Positions 30,373 through 41,300 of a DNA stretch of 64,000 nucleotides are shown in pieces. The notes beneath the pieces are model-generated. The model searched no databases, was not told the DNA's origin, and saw nothing but the letters and a program-made list of their open reading frames with translations. Made by a program: the position numbers and the translations under genes. Origin of the DNA: Candidatus Cloacimonadales bacterium (GTDB lineage Bacteria; Cloacimonadota; Cloacimonadia; Cloacimonadales; DAONDQ01); the NCBI GenBank assembly GCA_963662275.1, contig OY759316.1:2720001-2784000 (forward strand), written 5' to 3'. Position 1 is the first letter of the stretch; each line of letters opens with the position of its first letter.

Positions 30373-31917
30373 TTTCGTTTCTCCCGTAGTAACCTGATTC
30401 CCGGCTGATGGCATACTCTGAGCTTTGCACCGCTTCAGCATCATTATCGGTGCTTCTCTTCTGTTCATTTGAGTTTAGAATAGTCTTGATGATTCTGTAA
30501 CTCGGATTTGGTGTGTAGCTTAATGCTCTCTGACAGGCATTTTCCAAATTTTGACAGCCGTACTTTTTTGAAGCGCTTAGCACAGCCATGCAAGTGCGAT
30601 AACCTTGCTGTTCAACCCTGCATGATCCCAGGATTGACTTGATTACCAACTCAGTGCTTGTTCCAAGAGTACAAGCCCAGTCAACAAAACTATCTGCATC
30701 CCATTTCCGGTATTCCTGATGATCCTTGGGCATATGTTCGGCATTGGTCTGATATCGCTCAGAGTTTCCCTCCAAGCCCCTGGGGGAGGCTATTCTGACT
30801 GAATTGTAAAAGACCTCCACCACCCTGGCGGTTAGGCGAATATCCACTTTGTGGTGGATATATTCATAAGGCACTGAATAATACTTCTTATCAACCATAA
30901 TGTGATAGTTGTAACCAACCGTTGCTGTAGCCCATGTAGCCAGTTCATAAGCCGCCTCCGGCAAGGGAAGCAGCTGCTCTCGTTCTTCTTGCCAAAATAC
31001 GCTTTCACGGGAGCCATCTTTGACCTGGAAAGGCTGAAAGGCTTACTGTTAAATTCAGCCAACTTTTCCCTGATTGCCTTATTGAGTTCTCTAAGCGAGA
31101 AGAAACTCCTGTTGCGAAGAGCAGCCAGAATCCAGGTCGAGATAATACCTACTGTCCCTTCAGCACTTGCCTTATCCTTGGGATGCCTGACCCTGGCAGG
31201 GATGACCACTGTATTGTAGTAATTAGCCAGTTCATTATATGTCCTGTTGATTACACTGCCTCCACTGGATACCCGCTCCACACCAGTCTTGAGGTTGTCA
31301 GGTACCAGTATTTTTGCCACTCCGCTCATATATTGAAAACAGTTTACATGAGCCTGAATCCAGTTACACAGACTCATATTGGGAAGTGCTTCAACATAAG
31401 CATAGCCACTATAGGGCAAAACAGCGACAAAGACTGGAACTTTAAGCTGTGCCCCGGTAAGATTGTTTGTCAAATACGCAGATTGACCTGCCCAATCAAC
31501 CTCAAGCTTCTCACCCGGCTTGTGATGAATGCGCATGGTTGCCTTGGTTTGATGAGCATATTCCGTGTAAAGCTCGCAGAATCGACTGTATTGATAGGGT
31601 ATCGTCTGATTCTGACGGCATAACTCCGAATATTCATGCCATAACAACGACAAGGTTACACCGCTTTTACCCAATTCCTTGTGAATATGCTCAAAATCAG
31701 GCATCCTGCGACAACCTTCGATATTTACAATGGGAAATAGCATCTTCCCCAATTCCCTGTCACTAATTGTATCAGAAATTGGACAGAAAACAGCTTGTTG
31801 GGCTGCTGCCCTCAGCACCTTGGATACGGTATTGCGGGAGCACGGCAGGCTTTGAGCAATATTCCTTTCACTAATTCCTTGCGCCTGTAAACGCAAGATT
31901 TCTCGATAATTGGTCAT
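30365..31917 (-). pseudogene. istA: IS21 transposase, frameshifted
   Basis: PGEKLEVDWAG, VPDNLKTGV, PKDKASAE in 30832-31917; YYSVPY in 30365-30964; 8-bp tandem duplication at 31028-31043. Confidence 0.9.
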
Positions 31918-32086
31918 TTTGTGACCTCCATTGTGTTATTTGCGCTCTTCAGCGCATTGCCACATGGTTAATCACACTCTGATTTATGCAAGGTGGCTCA
32001 AAGTAGAATATTCCCTGGCTCAATTATAGTGGAGCACTGGCTCAACTTGGGAATACTCATGGCTCAAATTCATAATATTATTCACT

Positions 32087-32241
32087 TGGAGTTCAACTTG
32101 CCAAGATGACTACTATTTGATTTAGATATCAAAGGCAAGTTGGACTTCAAGCCCGAGATTGAATATCTTAGCTAAGGTTTGAAGTCCGAATTTCCTAATA
32201 ACTAGATTGTAATAATAGTCTCGAAGGAAATTTGAACTCCA
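32087..32241. repeat. Two ~63-bp palindromes of the 28966 family
   Basis: 32087-32149 closely matches 28966-29028; 32180-32241 in opposite orientation. Confidence 0.85.
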
Positions 32242-32245
32242 AACT

Positions 32246-34291
32246 TCAATCCATCGCTACCACTCTATAAAATTTATGCGCTTGGGTAGGTAATTCAGAC
32301 CAGGAATTAAAAGAAGTTGTTCCTATCTCAGTGAAACCTGTATTAGGATTATCAGAAGCCTCTATCCTATAGCTGATTGCTCCATTTACCGCAGTCCAAC
32401 TCAACTGAACGCTACCTCCTGACTTCATAATGATAACATCTGTAGGCGTATTCAAAGCTCGATTCGTCGTGTAATAAAACTGATATCCGCCTGTGCTGCC
32501 TCCATGACCATACACTGCGAGTTTGTAGTAGCCGGGCATCAGTGCTTGAAATGCAAAGTAAAAGTTGTGGGGCGATTCACCACTATCATCATCGTATCCC
32601 CCAGTTAAGGATCCATTATCCTGACGCACTGACATTTCTGTATTTGTTTGACCAGTTGAGTAGAAGTAATAGGTCATGCCGGGTTGTGCGTTGAACCTGA
32701 ACCAATCTACATCAGTAGTGGAATGAAATGTGTGAACCTGGCTCTGTAACGTATTGCCGGGAGTAATCGTAGTAAATTGCGTACTGGAATTATCCGGTTC
32801 GTAACTGTCTGCGTCTGCCCTGAACAAATAGTGCATATCATAATAGCCAAAACTTCCGCTGCTATGACAAACAACTTTCAGTTTATATGTGGCGGTGATT
32901 GAAGGAGTATATTCCAATAAGAAGTTTATATCCGTTCCATGATCGTCATTACTTGCCAACTGAGTGACACCATCTTGCATGTAAAGATACACCTTCGTGT
33001 TAGTATAACCTGTAGAAGAGAAACTGTAGGTATTACCTGCATATCCAATGAATTGGTACCAGTCCTGGTCAGTTGGTAAGTTCAGAGTATGCGTTTGAAC
33101 TTGTGCTGACTGCGTAATGGAAATAGATTTTGCAGCCGATGCCGTATTATCCGGTTCATACGAATCAAGGGGTGCCCAACTGTAATAATGTAATTGATAG
33201 AATCCTCTCCAATAGAAGCCAATCACATTAAGTTTTACATAACCTGAAGTAGCAGCATAGTATTCTATTCTGAAATTGTTCCCATCACCGGAGTCGTCGT
33301 CATCAGTAAGCAGTACAGTGCCATCACTATTGTACAGATAGCCATCGGTATTTATGTTAATTAGGGGATCGTTGGCAATGGTATATAATATATATGTCCT
33401 GCCTTGGACAACAGAGAATCCATACCAGTCCTCATCATTTTTTTGTATTGTATGTTGTTGGATTTGTGCAGTTGATATGATACTAAGGGGAGTAAACTGG
33501 TTGACCGTATTATCAGGTTCATAAGAATCCGAAATAAAAGTACTGTCAAAATTAAAAGTGTAAGCACCCACAACCCAATCAGTGCTTCCTACCACTTTGA
33601 TATAATAGGTACCGGAAGTTGTTGGACTAAAATTGATTAAGAAATTACTCCCATCACCATTATAATCGTCTTGGGCTAATAAAGTAGTTCCATCACTTCC
33701 GTAAATAAGTACTTTAGTATCTGTATTGCCGGTGGACCAAAAAGAATAAGTTCCCCCGGCTTCAGCACGAAATTTATACCAGTCTTGATCAGTATAGGAA
33801 TGTAAAGTATGATATTGTGAACTTTCCTCATAGTAAAATAGATCAGTTGCAGTCAGGGCTGTATCATCTGGTTCACACATATCTGGTGAAGAAACATAAA
33901 GATATTGAATGGTATAGGCACCGGTTGCACCTGAATATCCTGTGACCTTCAGCTTGAAGTTGCCATCCTCTGTGAAGTTATACTGAAAGGTGCTGACATT
34001 ATTGGCAGATGATATTACTGAAGTGCCATCATCCCGATATAGGACAAAGCTGAGAGCGATACCGGTAACGACAAATTTGTAAATCCGACCGGAATAGACA
34101 TTGAATCTGTACCAGTCCTGGTCGCTTGTAGTATGAATCGTATGGTTTTGTGTTTGAGCAACCGAAGAGACGCCTATGATTTGAAATTGGGAAGAGGAAT
34201 TATCCGGCTCATAGAGATCAGGATCTACAGCCAGCAATGTGGAAATAAGGAACAAAAGACCAAAAACAAGAAAGAAAGTAACCTTACGCAT
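32246..34291 (-). CDS. Secreted protein with about 5 PPC-like (pre-peptidase C-terminal) repeats and C-terminal Fn3-like domain
   Basis: Repeated D.YEPDN...HT....DQDWY.F...DDD.G...NF units; signal peptide. Confidence 0.8.
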   Translation of the reverse strand: MRKVTFFLVFGLLFLISTLLAVDPDLYEPDNSSSQFQIIGVSSVAQTQNHTIHTTSDQDWYRFNVYSGRIYKFVVTGIALSFVLYRDDGTSVISSANNVSTFQYNFTEDGNFKLKVTGYSGATGAYTIQYLYVSSPDMCEPDDTALTATDLFYYEESSQYHTLHSYTDQDWYKFRAEAGGTYSFWSTGNTDTKVLIYGSDGTTLLAQDDYNGDGSNFLINFSPTTSGTYYIKVVGSTDWVVGAYTFNFDSTFISDSYEPDNTVNQFTPLSIISTAQIQQHTIQKNDEDWYGFSVVQGRTYILYTIANDPLININTDGYLYNSDGTVLLTDDDDSGDGNNFRIEYYAATSGYVKLNVIGFYWRGFYQLHYYSWAPLDSYEPDNTASAAKSISITQSAQVQTHTLNLPTDQDWYQFIGYAGNTYSFSSTGYTNTKVYLYMQDGVTQLASNDDHGTDINFLLEYTPSITATYKLKVVCHSSGSFGYYDMHYLFRADADSYEPDNSSTQFTTITPGNTLQSQVHTFHSTTDVDWFRFNAQPGMTYYFYSTGQTNTEMSVRQDNGSLTGGYDDDSGESPHNFYFAFQALMPGYYKLAVYGHGGSTGGYQFYYTTNRALNTPTDVIIMKSGGSVQLSWTAVNGAISYRIEASDNPNTGFTEIGTTSFNSWSELPTQAHKFYRVVAMD

Positions 34292-34630
34292 AATACACCC
34301 CTTTTTGACTCTAACATTCTTCCCCGATTGACAATTATTATATATGATAGTATGAATACAATTTAGCTACATATACATTTATTACGGATTATTTTTAGTC
34401 AATGCTTTTTTATCTCTATTTCCTGGAAAGATAAAGATAAATAGGATATTAAGTTTTGGTCACACTTGGAGTTCAACATGCCCATATGAATATTATTTAT
34501 CCCATTCCTCCCTTCAGATGAAGGAAGGTGACAGTAGGGGCGTGCGGCAGTACGCCCATCTTGTCGGAGAGTTTGATTCTCAATATTTCAATCCGCAAAG
34601 ATAGCAACGCACGGGGTGCGCTGTGCCACC

Positions 34631-35400
34631 TTACGGGGTGAGGCGTTCCGCTTCTTCATAAATCTCATCGATTTGCTTCTGATATTCAATGGTCTTGCTG
34701 AGAGCCGTGACAATCCGGCAATAATGTACAGGATCTTCCATCCTGAGACCTTTCCTGTCTTTGAGATACTTGGCTAGAACCTGGTATCCACCGATATGAT
34801 AATTCCACACTTCCGTCGCAATACCCTCAAAGTACTTATCGTTATTGATGCGAACTCTTCCTGTTGCCCCATCATATCCCACATTATCAATGGCATCATT
34901 GTTCCCGCTTCCCTGGTACTTGGCAATGGGTACATCCAATTCAGCACTTTTCATCAGATGCAAATCTGCAATCGCTTTGCCTAATCCAGCTATTTGCAGG
35001 AATAATTCATTATCTGTTGTAATCGGAATATGAGGAAAGTCCAAAGCCAGGTATTCAGCATATCTTTCACGATATATATTGCTGAATCAAGTCTTTCCAA
35101 TCCTCTTCTTTCTGTACAACGGATTTGAACTTCAGACTCTGCCAGGAGAAATAATCACCGATAACTACCTTCTTAATCAGAATACCATCACGATAAAGCC
35201 GGAATTCCAGAAAATCAGTGAGAATCAGATTGGGGAAAGTTGTTAAATATCTTTTGAGTTGTTCACTTCTTTCTATCACATTTAAATCAGTCCCGGGTAC
35301 TTTCGCTTCCATGTAACCAAAGTAATGCAGCTTTCCATCCCATACACGAAAATCAGGATTACCGGCTTGGGTTTGTTTCGGGAGAATGGTAATATCGAAG
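34631..35400 (-). pseudogene. Type ISP/IIG restriction-modification enzyme relic (N- and C-terminal fragments only)
   Basis: AGNPDFRV...GYMEAK...EQLKRY...NLILTDFLEFRLYRDG abutting YRERYAEYL.LDFPHIP...VWNYHIGGYQVLAKYLKDRKG. Confidence 0.8.
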
Positions 35401-35588
35401 TTCTTTAGTTGAAGAATTGGCAGAGCAGAGAAGAAAAGAGAAGAATCAAACTCTCCCGGCTATACTTCGACTCAGCTCAGTAACCGTACCCTCCCTTCAT
35501 CTGAAGGGAGGAATTAAAGAAATTTTTTCGTGTATTGCGCGTGTTTCGTGTTAAAATTCTTCTCTTCCCTTCAAGCTACAAGCTTCCG

Positions 35589-37742
35589 TCACTTCACTAT
35601 CATGATCTTCTTGGTAACCATATTTTGAGAAGTCTTTAATCTGCAGAAATAAATCCCTGAGGCAACAGATATTCCAAGGTCATTGGTCCCATTCCAGATA
35701 ACAGAATGAATACCAGATTCTTCAATTTCATTTACAAGTGTTTTGACTTTTTGCCCTTTGAGATTATAAATCTGAAGAGTACAATGCGCTTTTTGAGTAA
35801 GGTTAAATTGCATCGTTGTCGAAGGATTGAACGGATTAGGATAATTAGAAAGATACATTTCAGGTGTAGAAACAACAATTGGATCATCATTGGGTAACAC
35901 ATTTAAATCAAGGATCCTAAAACCATTGTATCCATTAGCTGTATACAATTTTCCGTTCGCAGCATCAAATCCTGTTGTGGATTGATCCCACGCAAAACTT
36001 CTAACAAGTGTAGTTGATCCTTGACTGCTGATGTCATAGATACTGATTTCATTCCATAAATCGTCAGATACTAAAAGCTCATCATCATATATATAGCATG
36101 TATTAATAAAGCTTGTACTATGAAAATATATAGATTCGACAAGATAGGGAGAAACAGGGTTGGAAACATTAATGACGATAAACCCCAAATAACCATTTGC
36201 CACGTATGCAACTCCATCATGTATAACAACTTTGTATCCTGACCTGCATGAACCATCAGTTCCTAGAAGTTGCGGGCTTTCTGGGTCACTAACATCAACA
36301 ATCTGCAACCCAACGTAATCAACAGTTAAATAAGCAATCGTGCCGATAACCGCAACACTATGAACTCCATTTGGGGTTGTCGGGTGAGCACTTGAAGGAT
36401 TATATGTTCCAAGTAGTTGAGGGCTTAGGGGATTGGAAACATCGATGATTAATATCCCTGAATAACCGTCAGCCACATAGGCAATATTATCTACAATTGA
36501 TACTTCATAGGCGCAATCCGGTGTATCGTAGGTTGAAAGTAATTGAGGTTGATTCGGATTAGCTACATCGATGATCCTGAGACCATATGTTCCATCCGCC
36601 ACATAGGCTATGTTTCCGACAACTTCAACCGATATGGAGTTCCAGAGTGAATGGCAGCTACCAAGCAGTTGAGGATTCTGCGAGTTTGTAACATCAAAGA
36701 TTTGTAATTGAAATAAGGAAGACAAATATAGGGTATTACCAACAACCACAATAGAATTCGTTATATTCGCTGTATCGAAAGAACCTAGCAGACCAGCATT
36801 CTGAAGATCAGAGACATCGATAATCTGCAAACCTGATCCCCAGGCTGCGATATAGGCGATACTGCCTACAACCACTATATCTTGCGCACTTCGCGTACTG
36901 TAGGAACCTAAGAGTAGAGGATTCTGAGGATTAGAAACATCAATTATCTTAAGCCCGGAATAACCATCTGTCATATAAGCTATGTTTTCAATGACAACAA
37001 GAGAAGAGGAAGTATCTGATGCATGATACGAGCCAAGAAACTGCGGGTTTTGAGGATTCAAGACATTTAATATCTGTAGTCCTGAATGACCGTCTGCCAC
37101 ATAAGCTATGTTACCAACAACCTTAACTGAGATGGCATTACCATTTGTATCATATGATCCAAGTGGTTGAGGATTCTGAGAAATGGATACATCAATGATT
37201 TGCACACCTGATTCTCCTTCTGACACATAAGCGATATTATTCAGAACAAAAACAGATAATGCTGCTCCCGTGGTGTCATACGAACCAGCAAAATGCGGAT
37301 TTTGTGGATTCGAAACATCAATGAACTGCAAACCCGCAGTATCATCTGCTACATAGGCAATATTATCGGCAACAAAGACAGACCATGCTTTGCCAGGTGT
37401 ATCATAGGTGCTGAGAAGCTGCGGACTCTCTGGATCTGACACATCAATGATCTGCAAACCAGTGGTATCATCTGCAACATAGGCGATATCATCAACAACA
37501 AAGACAAACCAAGCTTTTCCAGGAAAAGCACAACTACCGACAAGCTGTGTATTTTGAGGATCTGATACATCAATAATCTGTAAACCTATTCCAGTTCTAG
37601 CAATGATAGCATTGTTTCCAACGACTGCCACAGAGTGTACAGGAGCGGTTGCTGGTGTGAAGTAATCTCCCAGTTTATGGATAACTGCATAAAATGGTAC
37701 GAAAAATACGAAGATTATGAATAAACATAAGATCTTTTTCAT
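35589..37742 (-). CDS. LVIVD-repeat beta-propeller surface protein with FlgD-Ig/T9SS-like C-terminal domain
   Basis: Many AYVADG.SGLQIIDVS.P..P repeats; NYPNPFNPSTT...IYNLKGQKVKTL...SGIYF. Confidence 0.92.
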   Translation of the reverse strand: MKKILCLFIIFVFFVPFYAVIHKLGDYFTPATAPVHSVAVVGNNAIIARTGIGLQIIDVSDPQNTQLVGSCAFPGKAWFVFVVDDIAYVADDTTGLQIIDVSDPESPQLLSTYDTPGKAWSVFVADNIAYVADDTAGLQFIDVSNPQNPHFAGSYDTTGAALSVFVLNNIAYVSEGESGVQIIDVSISQNPQPLGSYDTNGNAISVKVVGNIAYVADGHSGLQILNVLNPQNPQFLGSYHASDTSSSLVVIENIAYMTDGYSGLKIIDVSNPQNPLLLGSYSTRSAQDIVVVGSIAYIAAWGSGLQIIDVSDLQNAGLLGSFDTANITNSIVVVGNTLYLSSLFQLQIFDVTNSQNPQLLGSCHSLWNSISVEVVGNIAYVADGTYGLRIIDVANPNQPQLLSTYDTPDCAYEVSIVDNIAYVADGYSGILIIDVSNPLSPQLLGTYNPSSAHPTTPNGVHSVAVIGTIAYLTVDYVGLQIVDVSDPESPQLLGTDGSCRSGYKVVIHDGVAYVANGYLGFIVINVSNPVSPYLVESIYFHSTSFINTCYIYDDELLVSDDLWNEISIYDISSQGSTTLVRSFAWDQSTTGFDAANGKLYTANGYNGFRILDLNVLPNDDPIVVSTPEMYLSNYPNPFNPSTTMQFNLTQKAHCTLQIYNLKGQKVKTLVNEIEESGIHSVIWNGTNDLGISVASGIYFCRLKTSQNMVTKKIMIVK

Positions 37743-38374
37743 TAACTTCCTCCAAAATATGTCGATTCACCGAACTAGCAGTAGAGAATATTTCACTTTT
37801 TTTATGCAAAGAATATTTATTATTCATTATCAATTACGTCAATTTTTATATTCAGCAATTTGACAATCGTTCGAATATGAATAAAGTAAGGATTCCGGTT
37901 ATTCACAAGACTTGACAGACAACTAAAATAGGTATTAATGTTCATTCAACCTTCCTTTATCGAATTGCTTTTCACAGTTACTTCTGTTAAGGAATGAGTT
38001 AATAAGAAGCTTATATGAGATTCAAAATAGGAATGAGAACTCTATCTTCGAGAAATTGGTCAATATAAGACTTTGATTAAGTAATAAAAGAATTAATATA
38101 TTAAGGTCAGCTTATTCTAATAGAAAACAAAGTGGCACAAGTTTTCTGGTAAATAATTTGACAAAAAAACCCGACAAACGTTTAGTGAATAATTAAATTT
38201 GTGCTGATGAAATTAATAATATGGTTATTTGAGGATTCATTGGATTTGACTCAGTGTTTCCAGAGAGTGAGTTTCATATTATAATTATCTTGTATTAGGG
38301 TGTCTGCATGTATAAGGTAGTTTCACTCTAATGTTTTTCAATTAAAAAGAATCTCAGAAAGTTGGAGGAAGAAA

Positions 38375-41300
38375 ATGAAGAAATTAGTGTTCTTTGTATT
38401 GATGTTTACGCTAATATTGAGCGTATCTTTGAGTGCAACTGTAAGAAGTTATTATCAGGAAATTAATTGCGAACTTCCTAATAACATTAACACTTATGTA
38501 ACTAACACATCGACAAGTTCAACTAGTCCTAATTATTTATTTGAAGCTTGGACAAGTGCTGACGGTTACGTCAAACATTTGTTTACTGGTACAGGAGGAA
38601 CACCCGCTACCAGTTTACGTATCTTCACCTTAACTGGAGCCGGTCCGCGTGCTTATGTTCAAATGAGTGCATTTACAGCTATTACGATTAATGCAGGTGC
38701 AATCATTCGTTGCAGATTAACCTATCTTGGCGCAAAAGTTGCCAATCCTGTAGAATGGGATTTTGTTGTTCCAACAGGTACGGCTGCTATTTATAATGAT
38801 TTAGTACATGGAGGTTACTCTGTAACTGTACCTCCAACTCCGACTGGTCCATCGCATAATTATCCAACTCTAGCAAATGAGCCAATCCCAGCAGATCATA
38901 CAACAAATGTTCCTGTTACAACAACACAGATTTCCTGGAGTCATACTGACAATGCTGATTATACAACAGCGACTGGCTATAAAGTGTATTTTGGTAAGGA
39001 TGCGCTTCCAAGCACTTACACTTATGTAACAGCCAAGAACATGACAGTATCTGTGGTTTATGGGGGACATTATTACTGGAAAGTAGTTCCAACTGATGCT
39101 AGTTCAAAAGGCATAATTCCATCAAACCAGCGTACAAATGCAACTTTTAGAGGCGACAATCCTGATGCAGTAGAATGGGATTTCACTGTGGAAACAAATC
39201 CTAATCCTGGATTAGCCACAAATCCAACTCCTGCCAACAATGCACTGAATGTACCAATAGCAACAACAAATATATCCTGGAACTATACTTCTGACCCTTC
39301 ATTCACTGATCCAATCGGTTACAAAGTATATTTCGGTACAAATAGTGATGTTACTTCAAATCCTATGACCTTTATAACAGGTATGTTAAACACAACCATG
39401 CCTGTGACTCTTGGTTATGCTACAAACTATTTTTGGAAAGTCATACCGACGACTATATCCGGTGCAAAAGCCGGTGGAACTGTTACTACAAGAATCAAGA
39501 ATCATACAAGGGGCGATGCTGAAGGTGCCAGTACTTGGTACTTCAGAACGGAATCATTTCCTGTCAGTCCAAATCCTGGCATAGCAACTAATCCTGTTCC
39601 TGTAAACGGGGCAGTTAATGTTGCTCATGGTACAACTTCCTTGCTTTGGACTTACACAATTGATCCACTCTTCACCAATCCTGTAGGTTACAAAGTCTAT
39701 CTTCATACAAATAATACATTTACTGAAAATGCCTTAGCTGTTCCATATCTCTATGTTTCCGGTATCAGCAACACACAAGTTACATTACCGATTACTCTAG
39801 CTTATGATACACATTACTACTGGAAAGTCATTCCTACAACTGAAATGAGTAAAGGTGATGCTGTGAACGCTACGATCTGGGATTTCACAACAGAAAGCCT
39901 GACAAGCAATGTACCCAATCCTGCTGTTATCTCTGCTCCACTAAATGCTGGCACGGATGTCTTAATCAATGCTCAATTAGCATGGGTAAATGGTGGTGGT
40001 GGAACAACAGGATATAAAATCTATTTAGGTACAAATAATCCTCCAACGAATATTGTAAATGGAACAGACTTAGGTTTAGTTGACTCCTATACTCCTATCA
40101 GTAATTTCGTATATTCAACCATTTATTATTGGCAGGTTGTTCCTTATAATACATATGGCAATGCTGAAAATTGCCCAATCTGGTCTTTCACTACAATGGG
40201 TGATCCTACAATCACTTCTTTCCCTTATGTCCAAGGTTTCGAAGGTGCAAACTTTCCTCCCCTGGGTTGGAATATGAGTGGTTGGTTACGAGGGACTGGA
40301 AGCCACACAGGTTCATATAGTGCCCGAGCACTTAAAAACCATAGTGGAGTAAGTATTTTATCGACACCATCGGTTGTCCTTACTGAGAATAAATACATCT
40401 CTTTCTGGTGGAAAGATGATGATGTATCCAGAGTAGCTGGTCATGACTCAACATACTTCGAAATTTCTAATAATTCAGGATCCACTTGGATAAAACTGGC
40501 TACACTTTCTCCAACGAATCCCGATATTCAATATCACGAATATTCAACATCCTTAAGTGCATATTCGGGACAAACAGTTCAGTTCCGCTGGCGTGATGTT
40601 ACCGATGGTTCAGCAAATGCATATGGTGTTGGGTTAGATGACATCACCATTGGTACTTTTGTCTTTGCTCCCCCCCAAAATTTGACTGCAACACCTGGTT
40701 ATGGTGTTATTGGTCTTGCCTGGCAAGCTCCTTTAGGAAGATCACTGACTACTTATAAAGTCTATCGTAATAGTGTTTTTCTTGCATCAACACCTCCTGG
40801 AACATATACATACAATGACAACACAGTTGTTAATAATGTAACATATACGTATTACGTGACTGCGGATTATACAAGTCCTACTTTTGAATCAGTTCCATCC
40901 AATACGGTTCAATCAACTCCCCTAATCCCTGTATTCAATCCAGTCACTACATTCTCTGCAAGTTTGACAACCTATAACAGTATAACTCTCCAATGGACAC
41001 TGCAGGTTGCCAAACATAACAGAAGCATTTCAGGTTTCAAAATCTATAGAAATTCAACATTGGCTGCAACATTGACTAACCCAACAACTACCAGTTGGAT
41101 TGATACCAATCTTGCATCCGGTTCATATTCCTATTATATCGTTTGTACTTATTCCAACCCGAACGGTGAATCTATTCCCAGTAGTACGCAAACGGTCAAT
41201 GTTCCAGTACCGGTCTTAAACCCTCCAACGAATCTGGCTGGAACAACCACATATAACAGTGTCTCATTAACTTGGACAGCTCCGACTGGCAGTACTGCAA

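Larger units (their letters stand above)
29395..32084 (-). mobile_element. IS21-family insertion sequence
   Basis: TG...CA ends; internal inverted TTGAGCCAGTGCTCCACTATAATTGAGCCA motifs at both ends; CTTGG duplicated at 29390-29394 and 32085-32089; istA+istB. Confidence 0.9.
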
